A DNA stretch of 53,279 bases from NCBI GenBank assembly GCA_031554275.1, contig JAVBKB010000023.1:1-53279 (forward strand), written 5' to 3'. Both the position numbers and the translations under genes were made by a program. This DNA is from Bacillales bacterium (GTDB taxonomy: Bacteria; Bacillota; Bacilli; JARBTR01). The notes beneath the pieces were generated by a model. It had not been told where the DNA came from. It made no database searches and worked only from the letters and a program-made list of their open reading frames with translations. How positions within the stretch are numbered: the first letter of the stretch is position 1; every line of letters begins with the position of its first letter. Of the stretch, positions 10,734 through 21,546 are shown one piece after another.

Positions 10734-11486
10734 TCACGAAAAAAGTATCCTTATTTTGTCTGCTTCTTTAACTACTGAATTGAGCACTTCTGCGATGTGC
10801 ATCACTTTAATATGCGAACCTTTTCTACTTAATCGTCCACCAATATTCATCAGACATGCATAGTCTGCTCCAATTAAATAATCTGGTTTAACAGATTCAA
10901 TATGTTTCACCTTTTCATCCACCATTGCAACTGAAATGTCACTCATCTTAACGGAAAAGGTCCCGCCAAATCCGCAGCACTGATCGTCAAATGGGAGGTT
11001 AATAATTTCTAAACCTGTAACATTTTTCAGTAGAGTAAGTGGTGCATCCCTTACACCAAGAATTCGTGTCATATGACAAGATTTGTGATAAACACCTTTC
11101 CCCATCAGTTTGGCACCAAATTTCTCAATCTTGAGCACATCTACGATAAACTGAGTCAACTCATAGGATTTGTCTGCTAAATTCTGCGCACGTACCTTCC
11201 ACTCTGGTTCATCATCAAAATGGTGTGGGTACTCTTTAAGCATTGTAATGCAAGAACCTGATGGTGACACTACATGGGTGGCATGCTCAAAGGTCTCGAT
11301 CATATGCTTGAATGATTTCTTTGCGTCAGTAACATAACCACTGTTAAATGCTGGTTGACCACAACAAGTTTGCCCTTTCGGATAATCTATTTTGCACCCT
11401 AAATTCTCCAACAGTTCAACGGTTGCAATTCCAACCCCCGAAGCCAGAAAATCTACTAAACAAGTTGTAAACAATGAAACTTTCAT
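10734..11486 (-). CDS. lutA: Lactate utilization protein A (CCG domains)
   Basis: [22 protein letters not shown] and [11 protein letters not shown] motifs. Confidence 0.95.
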   Translation of the reverse strand: MKVSLFTTCLVDFLASGVGIATVELLENLGCKIDYPKGQTCCGQPAFNSGYVTDAKKSFKHMIETFEHATHVVSPSGSCITMLKEYPHHFDDEPEWKVRAQNLADKSYELTQFIVDVLKIEKFGAKLMGKGVYHKSCHMTRILGVRDAPLTLLKNVTGLEIINLPFDDQCCGFGGTFSVKMSDISVAMVDEKVKHIESVKPDYLIGADYACLMNIGGRLSRKGSHIKVMHIAEVLNSVVKEADKIRILFS

Positions 11487-11840
11487 AAATTAAACCCCCT
11501 CCAATATCCTAATAATTTTGAAAATTTATTTCTGATTAATACTATTATAGTTTATATTTAAAAAAATAAAAGTTTAAGAGTATAATTTTGTGAAACATGG
11601 TATTCTAGTGAATATTAGTACCCTTGCACTTTATCCTAATTGTCGGTAGGAATGCAACTTAAAACTCGCTAAGATTTCCCAGATACTTCGTTATAATTTC
11701 CTAGGATAGTCCCGCTATCTGCGTAAATTATTCCTCATCTTTGAAAATTTTATCGAGAATTTTTCTAACGACTATTAGAATTAGTCAAAGATTGTATCAA
11801 GTGGACTCTATTTTTTATAACAACGAAAATATTTTAAGAG

Positions 11841-13268
11841 GTGATCCAAGCAATGTTATCAAGTGACTTAATTGAACGTTTTAGCCAAATAGTTGGGAAG
11901 GAAAATCTTGAAACTTCGAATGTCGAGAGGGCTGCTTATTCCTACGATTCATCACCAAGTGAACCCGTAATGCCTGCAGCTGTTATTGCGCCAAGAAATG
12001 CTCAAGAAATTGCTGCGATCATGGAACTGTGTAACGAACACAAAATCCCAGTTATTCCAAGGGGTGCTGGCACCAACCTTTCTGGAGGTACAATTCCTGT
12101 CGAAGGTGCGCTCATCATTATTTTTAGACATTTGAATAAGATTGTTGAGCTCGATGAAGAGAACTTAACGGTCACTGTGCAACCTGGTGTGATTACCGCT
12201 GATATTCATACACTTGTTGAGGCGAAGGGCTTATTCTATCCTCCCGATCCTGGCTCAATGAAAATCTCCCAAATCGCTGGTAATATCATTGAAAATGCTG
12301 GCGGGTTACGCGGCTTAAAATATGGTGTTACTGGACATTATGTCATCGGATTAGAAATCGTATTACCCAACGGGAAAATTATTCGCACTGGCGGAAAGCT
12401 AGCGAAGGATGTTGCTGGATATAATTTAACGCAACTTTACGTTGGTTCGGAGGGTACGCTTGGCATCATTACAGAAGCTATTTTGAAATTGATTCCAAAA
12501 CCAGAAACAAAGAAAACGATGCTGGCGCTTTATCAAAGTATGGATGCAGCCGCACGCACTGTATCAAAAATCATTGCCAACAAAATAATTCCAGCGACTT
12601 TAGAATTTCTCGATCAACCAACCTTGAGAGTCGTTGAAGATTATGCAAAGGTTGGCTTCCCGACTGATGTTGAGGCAATTCTCGTTATCGAGCAAGATGG
12701 TCCAGAATCAGTAGTGGAACGTGATATGGCCTTGATTGCTGAGCTATGCAAAAGCGAGCAAGCGACCTCTGTTCATATTGCCGCAAGTGAAGAAGAGGCA
12801 AATGCATTATTAACTGCTCGGAGATCTGCATTATCAGCACTTGCAAGGTTGGCACCTACCACAATATTGGAGGATGCCACTGTTCCCCGTTCAGAAGTTG
12901 CCCGTATGGTGAAAGCAATCAATGAAATAGCTGCGAAATATAATTTGCATATTTGCACATTTGGTCATGCAGGAGATGGTAATTTGCACCCTACATGCCC
13001 AACAGATGCGCGTAATAAAGAGGAAATGCATCGCACAGAGATGGCATTTGCTGAGATATTTGAAAAGGCTATTGAGTTTGGAGGCACAATCACAGGTGAG
13101 CATGGTGTTGGGATTATGAAAGCCCCTTACTTGTCGCTTAAAGTTGGCGAGGCTGGTATTGAGGTCATGCGCGCTATTAAATTAGCGATTGACCCTAATA
13201 ATATTATGAATCCAGGGAAAATGTTTGATGCCATTCCTCAGGAGGTTAAGCACCATGAAAACAGCTGA
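11841..13268 (+). CDS. glcD: FAD-linked glycolate/D-lactate oxidase subunit GlcD
   Basis: PRGAGTNLSGG, YPPDPGS, GLRGLKYGVT, GSEGTLG, GHAGDGNLHP and TGEHGVG motifs. Start GTG 11841 or ATG 11853. Confidence 0.9.
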   Translation: MIQAMLSSDLIERFSQIVGKENLETSNVERAAYSYDSSPSEPVMPAAVIAPRNAQEIAAIMELCNEHKIPVIPRGAGTNLSGGTIPVEGALIIIFRHLNKIVELDEENLTVTVQPGVITADIHTLVEAKGLFYPPDPGSMKISQIAGNIIENAGGLRGLKYGVTGHYVIGLEIVLPNGKIIRTGGKLAKDVAGYNLTQLYVGSEGTLGIITEAILKLIPKPETKKTMLALYQSMDAAARTVSKIIANKIIPATLEFLDQPTLRVVEDYAKVGFPTDVEAILVIEQDGPESVVERDMALIAELCKSEQATSVHIAASEEEANALLTARRSALSALARLAPTTILEDATVPRSEVARMVKAINEIAAKYNLHICTFGHAGDGNLHPTCPTDARNKEEMHRTEMAFAEIFEKAIEFGGTITGEHGVGIMKAPYLSLKVGEAGIEVMRAIKLAIDPNNIMNPGKMFDAIPQEVKHHENS

Positions 13269-14595
13269 AATCAAAACAATGGTGGCAGAATTTAAGGTTA
13301 AAATGAACGAAGATGTTTTGCAGAGTTGTATGCGCTGCGGTTTCTGCTTGCCAAGTTGTCCAACCTATATCATTTCGAATGGAAAAGAATCTTCATCGCC
13401 ACGAGGTCGTATTGCGCTAATGAAGGCAGTTGCAGACGGGACAATTGAACCAGACGCTGACTTTGAAAGAACCATTAACGAGTGCCTCGGATGCCTTGCA
13501 TGTGAAAACGTTTGCCCCTCTGGCGTCAGGTATATGGAATTACTAGAGGATGCACGAAATATTATTGTCCAGTCGAAGAAACACTCCTTGCCTGTGCGAG
13601 CAGCACGAAATGTTGTTTTCAATAACTTATTTGCTAATCAGAAGCGGATGGAGCGCTTTGCAAGTCTCTTGCGCTTCTATCAAAAGTCTGGGCTTCGTGC
13701 AATTGCTCGTGGCACAAGGATTATTAAGCTCTTCCCTAAAGGTCTTTCTTCTACAGAAAAGGTCTTGCCTAATGTTGCGTCTTACAAAAAGATTAAGAAT
13801 CGTCCTCTTGCCGTGAAAGCGAAAGGCGAGCCGTTAGCAAAGGTTGGTTTCTTTAAAGGTTGTCTAATGGATACCATGTTTCTGGCGGAAAATGATAAAA
13901 CATTGAAGCTCTTGCAACTAGCTGGCTGCGATATCCAAATCCCTAATGCACAAGCATGTTGTGCAGCCATTCACGGACACAGCGGTGAGAAAGATACAGC
14001 TAAAGAACTAGCCAAGCAGAACATTGCTGCCTTTGAAAATCTTGAAGTTGACTACATCATTACAAATGCTGGAGGTTGTGGTGCCTATTTAATGGAGTAC
14101 GGCGTCCTACTGAAGGATGATCCAGAGTGGTCAGCACGTGCCACAACTTTTGTTGCAAAAATCAAAGATGTTTCCAAGATTCTAGTGGAATTAGATTTTC
14201 ATAATCGCTTCTCACTACGACTACCAAAACAGGTTGTTACCTATCAAGACTCCTGTCATCTAAAGAATGTAATGAAGACAGAAAGAGAGCCGAGAACATT
14301 AATTCAGTCAATTGATGGTGTGCTATATCACGAGCAAGAAAATGCCGGATCATGCTGTGGTTCTGCTGGAACATACAGTATCCTGCAACATGAATTATCG
14401 ATGAAAATTTTGGATGCGAAAATGAAGAAAGTCCTCGCAACAGAGGCAACAACAATTGTCACCGCCAACCCTGGTTGCCTCCTTCAGATGAAGGTTGGTG
14501 TTGAACGCGAAGGGTTATCTGGCACAATGAAAGCTGTTCACATCGTTGAATTATTATTCGAAGCTACTGGACTTTCTGAAACCGACCCACTTTAA
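13255..14595 (+). CDS. glcF: Glycolate oxidase Fe-S subunit GlcF
   Basis: CMRCGFCLPSCP, CLGCLACENVCP, CCG-type motifs and TANPGC. Start ATG 13255 after AGGAGG, overlapping the glcD end. Confidence 0.9.
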   Translation: MKTAEIKTMVAEFKVKMNEDVLQSCMRCGFCLPSCPTYIISNGKESSSPRGRIALMKAVADGTIEPDADFERTINECLGCLACENVCPSGVRYMELLEDARNIIVQSKKHSLPVRAARNVVFNNLFANQKRMERFASLLRFYQKSGLRAIARGTRIIKLFPKGLSSTEKVLPNVASYKKIKNRPLAVKAKGEPLAKVGFFKGCLMDTMFLAENDKTLKLLQLAGCDIQIPNAQACCAAIHGHSGEKDTAKELAKQNIAAFENLEVDYIITNAGGCGAYLMEYGVLLKDDPEWSARATTFVAKIKDVSKILVELDFHNRFSLRLPKQVVTYQDSCHLKNVMKTEREPRTLIQSIDGVLYHEQENAGSCCGSAGTYSILQHELSMKILDAKMKKVLATEATTIVTANPGCLLQMKVGVEREGLSGTMKAVHIVELLFEATGLSETDPL

Positions 14596-14609
14596 CGTTA
14601 AGAAAGGGT

Positions 14610-15671
14610 ATGACAATGGCGAAAAAAAGAAAAACACTACCAAGCAATTTCGGTGAAATGATCGAGGCTTGCGATCTTACAGTTTTAAAAGGAGTATTTG
14701 ATAAATGCGAGCTTGAAGCCTATGGTGGTTACAACAAAGGATCTGCGCTGAGTTTCGATAACATACCAGATGCATTGGTGATTTGGCTTGTAGAACAGGG
14801 TGCCGATATCAATGCAAGCGATACTTACAAACGAACACCTTTGCACCACCAATCTACGAGCCGAAGCGGAAATATCCGCTTGTTCATAGAACTTGGGTCT
14901 GATATCGAGGCAAGCGACTATCAAGGGGAGACACCCCTACACAGTACAGCTGGTTCTTATCGCCCAAAAGCAGTTCGAGAATTACTCTCATTGGGGGCAA
15001 ACCATCTTGCACAAAACAATAGAGGACTAACCCCATTAGCTTATGGGCTTGCTCGTTGCAATAATATTGATATTGAGCTCATGGCAGAGGTAGCTGAAAT
15101 ACTGCTTGCTGCTGGAACTCCGATCACATCTGAAATGCGGGAATCAGTAGTACGAATTGGCAAGAACTTTGAATTTCACAGAGCAAATTTCAACACGGAC
15201 TATTTGGACGCAACTGATACTGCGATGAACCATTTATATACGCTATTTAGCGTCGATCCAGTCGAAAAACGACAGATGCATGATGGTGTATCACCAATTA
15301 CAGTTTCTTCGACTAATTGGAAAAAACAATACAATGAACTATGGGCTTTATTAATTCCGTCCAGAGGGCCAGCACAAACTGTGCAGGGAGAGGTTATTCG
15401 GATCACAGGAAAAGTGTCTGACGAAATAGAACGGAATGGTGGCGCAAATTGGTGCGCTGACTTCAGAAAAATGCTTGATGCACTCGTCCAGTTCCTTGGC
15501 ACTGGAACACCACTTGATCAAACATCGCTCCAGGAAGTCGCTGCGATTGTGAAACCAATGCGAACTGGTAAAGACGATGAGGGTATGCCGAGACTATGTG
15601 AACTCGTTGTTCAATGGGTGCTTGCTAATCCAAACCCCGTGCAGTTGTTTCAGCCTGAGTATAAACGATAA
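14610..15671 (+). CDS. Ankyrin-repeat protein with uncharacterised helical C-terminal domain
   Basis: GADINASDTYKRTPLH, GETPLH and GLTPLA ankyrin repeats. Confidence 0.85.
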   Translation: MTMAKKRKTLPSNFGEMIEACDLTVLKGVFDKCELEAYGGYNKGSALSFDNIPDALVIWLVEQGADINASDTYKRTPLHHQSTSRSGNIRLFIELGSDIEASDYQGETPLHSTAGSYRPKAVRELLSLGANHLAQNNRGLTPLAYGLARCNNIDIELMAEVAEILLAAGTPITSEMRESVVRIGKNFEFHRANFNTDYLDATDTAMNHLYTLFSVDPVEKRQMHDGVSPITVSSTNWKKQYNELWALLIPSRGPAQTVQGEVIRITGKVSDEIERNGGANWCADFRKMLDALVQFLGTGTPLDQTSLQEVAAIVKPMRTGKDDEGMPRLCELVVQWVLANPNPVQLFQPEYKR

Positions 15672-15756
15672 GGTTGGAATTTTCGCTGAAACAGAATCTG
15701 TTGAATGTAGGTTACGAAAAAATCCTATCAATTTTGGTGGAAACTATTGTGAAAGG

Positions 15757-15787
15757 AAAGACCACGAGGCGTGTCTCGTGGTCTTTT
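15757..15787. terminator. Bidirectional terminator
   Basis: AAAGACCACGAG-gcgtgt-CTCGTGGTCTTTT between convergent genes. Confidence 0.8.
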
Positions 15788-15809
15788 GTTTGCAATTTCA
15801 AACTTCCTT

Positions 15810-17114
15810 TTACGCTGCTTTCCCAACGATTTGCGGTTTAATAAGGGCATTCCCAATCGCGTAGAAAATCGCTGATGTAATAATTCCTGTTAGGACAACT
15901 GACAAGTGAGGTGCATTATAGTTAACAATTAACGCACAGCCGCCTGCTAATGCCCAAGATGCAAATGATACTATATTCCAGTCACTCGGTTTGATTTGCG
16001 AATCATCATAACGTTTATTCAGAATTAACTGATCCATGATAATTATTGTAGCAATCGGCGGAACGATTAGTCCAAGTAGGTTCAACCAATCTTGAAATGC
16101 ATTCCAGATACCTGATACAGCTGCGACAATTCCGATTGCTCCCAAAATAATTGTCAGTATTCTCATATTACCCTTGGTAATATGTGACCATCCTACTGCT
16201 CCATTGTACAAACAGTGTGTACAACCTACACCTAAGTTAACAAAAACGAAGCCAATAACAAAGGCGGACAATAATGAATTATGACCTGATAAGATAGAAA
16301 TGAAATCCCCACCTGAACCAAATGGGTCTGCAATAACGCCTGTTGCCACAATCACTGCACCAATTGCCTCAGCCAAGAATTTAGCGAAAGGAAATGCAGT
16401 AAAAGCCGCCAAGAATCCTTCTTTTCCGTTTTTTGACCAGCGCGTAAAGTCTGCAGTCATTGTACCCGAATCGGCAAAAGTAGCGAAAACCAAAGTTATC
16501 GCAGCTCCAAAAGACATCAAACCGGCAGTAGCAGCTGGTTCGTAGCTAAATATATCTGAAGAACCATCATTTATTGCCATAACCACTGCAATAACTCCCA
16601 AAATAAGATACATTGGTGCTGCAATCCAACCTAAGATTGAAAGAGCTTTAATTCCGATAAAGGTAGCACCAACATAGAGCACGCCACCTAATATAGTCAT
16701 TAGTAGCAGGTTTTGTCCAAAAGAATTATGCATGGTATCGCCTGTTAAACCAACCATTAGTGCAAACCAACCAATTACAACTGTAGCAAGGAGTCCAGAC
16801 ACTATCGTGTAGCCTACTTTTCCAAATGTTCGTTTTGCTGTCATTGCAAAACTCTTTCCAGTGCTTCCTGCTAAATAACTTAATGCGCCAACAATAATAC
16901 ATAAGAGTAAATTCCCTACGAGTATCGCAGCAATTCCTGTTTTGAAACCAAGATTTGCAGTGATGACTCCACCAACTACAGCACTTGTTAAAACCATTGG
17001 AAAACTGTACCACACAGCCGAGACTGATGAAAACTTCTTCCGATGTTCTAGTGGTACTGGTGTGTGTTCAAATTCCGGGTCTAACAACTTGTTATCTACG
17101 ACATTTTCTGCCAT
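15810..17114 (-). CDS. NCS1-family (CodB-like) cytosine/purine permease
   Basis: About 12 TM segments; EFEHTPVP, FGKVG, GWF and ADFTRWSK motifs typical of the cytosine permease family. Confidence 0.85.
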   Translation of the reverse strand: MAENVVDNKLLDPEFEHTPVPLEHRKKFSSVSAVWYSFPMVLTSAVVGGVITANLGFKTGIAAILVGNLLLCIIVGALSYLAGSTGKSFAMTAKRTFGKVGYTIVSGLLATVVIGWFALMVGLTGDTMHNSFGQNLLLMTILGGVLYVGATFIGIKALSILGWIAAPMYLILGVIAVVMAINDGSSDIFSYEPAATAGLMSFGAAITLVFATFADSGTMTADFTRWSKNGKEGFLAAFTAFPFAKFLAEAIGAVIVATGVIADPFGSGGDFISILSGHNSLLSAFVIGFVFVNLGVGCTHCLYNGAVGWSHITKGNMRILTIILGAIGIVAAVSGIWNAFQDWLNLLGLIVPPIATIIIMDQLILNKRYDDSQIKPSDWNIVSFASWALAGGCALIVNYNAPHLSVVLTGIITSAIFYAIGNALIKPQIVGKAA

Positions 17115-17224
17115 TTGAATTCCTCCATCTTCTCTAAGATCGTTACCTTGTAAGACAAGGCAATGATATGTTTAGATTTCCTTCTTCGACCTTTTTTATT
17201 CACGTTTAAGTTTCATCCTAACAT

Positions 17225-18646
17225 TTACAAGTTTTCGCTAAATGCAACTAGTGCTTTTTCAAAGCAGTCAACAGGTGGGTAAGTAATACCTGCTCCAATC
17301 ATCCCGATACCAGCTTCTTTATGAGCAATAGCTGTATTGATTACCGGCAGAATTCCAGTTTGGATAACTTTGCGTAAGTCAATTCCTGTTGAAATTCCTT
17401 GGAAATTCAACAATGGAATTGTCACATTTGGATTCTCTGTAGTGGTGATTTCTTTCATCTTGATTGAGAAAGCGATTGCTTCATCAATTGTTCCACCTAC
17501 GATAGCAACGATTGCTGGAGCAGTTGCCATTGCGAACGCACCGATTCCGTAAGTTTCTGTAATTGCACTATCACCAATGTCTAAACCAGCATCTTCTGGC
17601 TTATAGCCTGCAAATAGGGGTCCGATAACCTTTTGCGCTGGACCAGTAAACCAAGTGTTTCCTGGTAATCCGCTAATCCGAATACCAAATTCAACTCCAT
17701 TTCGGCACATGGTTGTAACGATTGTGCTATACGGGATACCGTGTGCAGCATCTAGCGCACACTTACATAACGCCATCCATGTTGGTCCTGAGAAGTAGTC
17801 ACTGCTGGCAACAAAATCAAACACTTCGCGTTTTTCTTTCGTTGTGAAGCTTGTCTCAAGAATAAAAGGTGCTAATTTCTGAATTAACAAAGTAGTTCCT
17901 GCGACATTTCTGTTATGGCACTCATCGCCCATGTGTAATGCTTGCGATAACATTAAGCGCAGATCGATTTCTCCAGCTAATTGCATTGATTCCTTCAGCA
18001 CTGGTCCAAATACATCACGCATCCAAATTAGGCGATCGATAACACTTTGATCGTTTGCACCCATTCGCAAAATCTTGGATAATTGCTCACTCAAATTTGT
18101 AAAAGCAATATTTCCATATGTTTTATTCTTCACAATATGCATATACATTGATGCCGAAGTTACACCAGCCATTGACCCTACGCAATCGTGTTCATGACAA
18201 GGGGAGAATGTGATTTCTCCTGAGGCTGCAAGCTTAGCAGCATCGTCTAAGTCTTTCGCTAGACCTTCAAATACTAGTGCCCCAGTAACGCCACCTTTCA
18301 TCGGTCCACTCATTTTATCCCAAGTGATAGGTGGTCCTGCGTGGAGAATCGTTGTTTTTGTCATTCCAGGAACACAATTGATCGCCTGTTCAAACCCGAT
18401 CAGAACTGGATGAGACTTAACGATTCGCTCAACCGCTTCCTCATTCGCTTTATTGATTTTCGCTTGAATGGCAGGATCGTCTAATTTATCTAAAAGTGCA
18501 AGCAATTCTAGATTGCCGCCTGCAGGAGGAGCCCAATCAACGTGCGTAGATTGAGCGCCTTGTTTCTTTACATCTTCTGAGAAAAATTCTAATCCAACAT
18601 TAATAACATTAAGGTCACTTTTGAATAGTTCGTTAATTTTGCTCAT
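17225..18646 (-). CDS. DUF1116 protein (YlbE/YahG, AllG-like)
   Basis: DWAPPAGG, ILHAGPP, PCHEHDCVGSMAG, ALHMGDECHNRN, DIGDSAITET and INTAIAHK motifs; adjacent to fdrA. Confidence 0.9.
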   Translation of the reverse strand: MSKINELFKSDLNVINVGLEFFSEDVKKQGAQSTHVDWAPPAGGNLELLALLDKLDDPAIQAKINKANEEAVERIVKSHPVLIGFEQAINCVPGMTKTTILHAGPPITWDKMSGPMKGGVTGALVFEGLAKDLDDAAKLAASGEITFSPCHEHDCVGSMAGVTSASMYMHIVKNKTYGNIAFTNLSEQLSKILRMGANDQSVIDRLIWMRDVFGPVLKESMQLAGEIDLRLMLSQALHMGDECHNRNVAGTTLLIQKLAPFILETSFTTKEKREVFDFVASSDYFSGPTWMALCKCALDAAHGIPYSTIVTTMCRNGVEFGIRISGLPGNTWFTGPAQKVIGPLFAGYKPEDAGLDIGDSAITETYGIGAFAMATAPAIVAIVGGTIDEAIAFSIKMKEITTTENPNVTIPLLNFQGISTGIDLRKVIQTGILPVINTAIAHKEAGIGMIGAGITYPPVDCFEKALVAFSENL

Positions 18647-20196
18647 TATTTACCACCCTTTTCTACAAAGCCTCTTGCAAGTAGTCCAGTGTTTGTACTA
18701 CTGCTTGCCCAAGTTACGCCAAGCTCGTCTAACATTTGCACTTGTTTTTCAAAGCCTTGCGGGTCTTTGTCAGTTCCTTGAACATAGCCTAGAATTTCTA
18801 AATGTCTTCCTTCTTTTTCAGCATTTGCTTTTGCCTCTTTAATTGCATCATACGTGACACCTACAGGATCTTCGTGTGACCCATAACCAATTTCGAAATC
18901 AAGCAGGATTACACCAACGGAAGGATCTTTTGCTTCTTGCATAAATCTTTCGATCCGTAATGTTGGCTCGATCATTGGATGCGGTTTTCCCTTAGTGAAC
19001 TCATCGTCCCCTAAATCGATAAAGGTATGATATTTGCTGGCGTCTTCACTGCCAAGTCTATGGGCAGGATCCTTTGCGATGTTACTATAGACATCTTCAT
19101 AAGATTCCTTTACTAACTGCATAATTTCGTAGCAAAGCGTTCCACCACAGAATAGGCCACGAATGTATTTTTGCTCTGGTTTTAATTTTGCTTTTACCTC
19201 TTCAATGAGTGGTAAATTTAATGCGTGTTTATTGATTTCATTTTCATTTTTCCCACCAAGGACGACTGCCATAATTGCAGCGTCTTTTGTTGTTTTGGCG
19301 TAGTGTGCCCCAGACGCCTTTATGGCTTCTTCATTTCCACCAATAAAGCAAATGACTACAGGCTTTTTGCAGGCCTTAACTTGGTTTAGAATTTTCTCTT
19401 CAACTGCTTTTGCTGGGGGCTTAGAAATTAAGACGATCACTTTTGTCGCTTCATCTGCTTCTAATGCAGTGATGCCATCAAGCATCATGATTCCGCCAAC
19501 CTGCTCACTTAGGTCGCGTCCCCCTGTACCAATTAGCTGAGAAATCCCACCACCAAATCCGTCAACACGACAACTAATTTCTTGGCTGCCTGTTCCGGAT
19601 GCACCAACTATACCGATATTGCCCTTTCGTACTACGTTCCCAAAACCGAGTGCGATGTTGTTTATGATTGCTGTTCCACAATCTGGTCCCATCATTAATA
19701 AACCTTTTGAATGTGCCAGTTGCTTTAGTGCGACTTCATCTTCGATTTTCACGTTGTCACTAAAAAGCATTACATGTAGATTTTTTTCCAATGCTTTTCT
19801 AGCTTCCCGTGCAGCAAATGTACCGTTAACCGAAATGATAGCTATGTTTGCACCCGCTACATGTTCAACTGCAGAATCGAGAGTTGCGTATGCTATCGCC
19901 GACCCAGATGATTCAGATCCACCCTTTTTCAAGAACAATTCTTCGATTGCATTGTAGGCTTCTTCACAAGCCGAATCGGTTTGTGCTTTGACAATGATCA
20001 TTAAGTCGCCACTTTTCACAGTCTCTATTTCAGGAGAGGATAAGCCGACGTTTTTAATAACTTCCTTATTCATTTCCGTTCCCATTGCAACAAAAGCTTG
20101 TTCAACACCTTCAATTTTGTTTGCTTTTGTCGATAATGCCATCAATGTAACAGAGTCGAAATATGTGTTTTTCTTAATTACAACTTTGACTGCCAT
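18646..20196 (-). CDS. fdrA: Acyl-CoA synthetase-like protein FdrA (YahF/AllF-like)
   Basis: YFDSVTLM, FSDNV, MGPDCGT, GASGTGSQE, GTGGRDLS, GLFCGGTL and DLGDDEFT.GKPHPMI motifs. Confidence 0.92.
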   Translation of the reverse strand: MAVKVVIKKNTYFDSVTLMALSTKANKIEGVEQAFVAMGTEMNKEVIKNVGLSSPEIETVKSGDLMIIVKAQTDSACEEAYNAIEELFLKKGGSESSGSAIAYATLDSAVEHVAGANIAIISVNGTFAAREARKALEKNLHVMLFSDNVKIEDEVALKQLAHSKGLLMMGPDCGTAIINNIALGFGNVVRKGNIGIVGASGTGSQEISCRVDGFGGGISQLIGTGGRDLSEQVGGIMMLDGITALEADEATKVIVLISKPPAKAVEEKILNQVKACKKPVVICFIGGNEEAIKASGAHYAKTTKDAAIMAVVLGGKNENEINKHALNLPLIEEVKAKLKPEQKYIRGLFCGGTLCYEIMQLVKESYEDVYSNIAKDPAHRLGSEDASKYHTFIDLGDDEFTKGKPHPMIEPTLRIERFMQEAKDPSVGVILLDFEIGYGSHEDPVGVTYDAIKEAKANAEKEGRHLEILGYVQGTDKDPQGFEKQVQMLDELGVTWASSSTNTGLLARGFVEKGGK

Positions 20197-20205
20197 AACT
20201 GCCTC

Positions 20206-21546
20206 CTATGCGTTAAATCCTGCTAATGACTGATGATTTGCATCAATCATTTTGATTTTTTCAATAAAAACTTTTGCCTGTTCAGTGTTTCCAAGTGCAA
20301 GCTGCGCCTTTGTCATTTCAACAAAAAGATTCTCGTCTGATTGGTCTAGTGAAATTGCCTGAGTTAGAACTTTGATTGCCTCTTCATAATCCTGCATTAA
20401 ATTCAATGACTGCGCCTTATGCAAGTAGTAAAGAGGGTTGGTAATGTCGTTCTTAATTGCATTTTCAATTTCATTTACAGCCTCCTCATGTCTTCCTAAA
20501 GACCGCAAACTATTCGCTTTATGGAAGGAGAAATCATATCGATTCGGTTGCAGTGCAAGCAGTATATTCATTGTGTCAACCGCTTCTTCGTGTCTTCCGA
20601 GCTCTCGCAAGTAGTTAGATTTATGATAAAGATAAAAGGTTTCGGTTTGATCCTTAGCAATAGCTTTATCATATTCTTCAAGCGCTTTTTCAGGTTTCTT
20701 AGCCATTCTTAATGCATTTGCAGTATAGAAATAGAATTCCAAAGCGTCTGGGTTAATTTGCAACGCTTGGTTGTATACCATGCAAGCTCTATCATGTTTT
20801 TTCATCTCACCCAGAATATATCCTTTGTAATAATGGAGCTCAATGTTATTTGAATCTGAAAGAAGTGCTTCTTCAACAAAATCCATTGCTGATTCAAGGT
20901 TATTCTCATGTAAAATTTGTTTTGTCTTTTGAACAACTGGATGATCAACAGTTTCGCCATTCATCACTTGAATAACCCTAGTTTGTCCCATTTTAATAGC
21001 ATGTTCACACGAAGAGATTTTATGATTATCTTTTAAATGAATATCTGCCCCCGCCAAAATCAATTCCTGAATGACGTCTGTATACAACAAACCGCCATTT
21101 CCAAGAATAACTGCCTCCAGGAGTGCTGTCCAACCTAGCTTATTTGCATAATCCACTGGGATTCCGGCTGCTAATGCAACTTGGACAGTTTTCAGATAGC
21201 CTTTCTCACTAGATGGTAATAATGGTGTTCCACCAAAGCGATTTACACTTTTCAAATCTGCTCCAGCTGAAATGGTCAAACTCAAAATTTCATGAAACCC
21301 ATTTGCTCCCGCGCAAATATATGGCGAAAGCATCGTAATGTCTCTTGTATTCACATTACTTCCAGCTTCGATAAGCAGCTTTGCTATTTCTAAATTGTTT
21401 TTTTGCGTAGCAACCATTAAAGCTGTTCGCCCGTCTGCATCTTGAAAAGTTACACTTGCTCCTGCATTCAGTAATGTTCTTGCCTTATCAATTTCTCCTT
21501 GCTCAATTGCAAGTAGCAATTGCCTATCTATTAATTGATTTTCCAT
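20206..21546 (-). CDS. YahD-like ankyrin domain fused to a TPR array
   Basis: N-half ankyrins (GRTALM, NRFGGTPLLPSSEKG, NKLGWTALLEAVIL). C-half has about 6 TPR-like repeats (YYKGYILG..., ALEEYDKAI, YLHKAQSL). Confidence 0.85.
   Translation of the reverse strand: MENQLIDRQLLLAIEQGEIDKARTLLNAGASVTFQDADGRTALMVATQKNNLEIAKLLIEAGSNVNTRDITMLSPYICAGANGFHEILSLTISAGADLKSVNRFGGTPLLPSSEKGYLKTVQVALAAGIPVDYANKLGWTALLEAVILGNGGLLYTDVIQELILAGADIHLKDNHKISSCEHAIKMGQTRVIQVMNGETVDHPVVQKTKQILHENNLESAMDFVEEALLSDSNNIELHYYKGYILGEMKKHDRACMVYNQALQINPDALEFYFYTANALRMAKKPEKALEEYDKAIAKDQTETFYLYHKSNYLRELGRHEEAVDTMNILLALQPNRYDFSFHKANSLRSLGRHEEAVNEIENAIKNDITNPLYYLHKAQSLNLMQDYEEAIKVLTQAISLDQSDENLFVEMTKAQLALGNTEQAKVFIEKIKMIDANHQSLAGFNA

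Noticed and set aside
11517-11750. Repeated TTTGAAAATTT as a CodY/Rex-like site in the lutA-glcD spacer
   Set aside because: AT-rich low-complexity match that fits neither consensus well.
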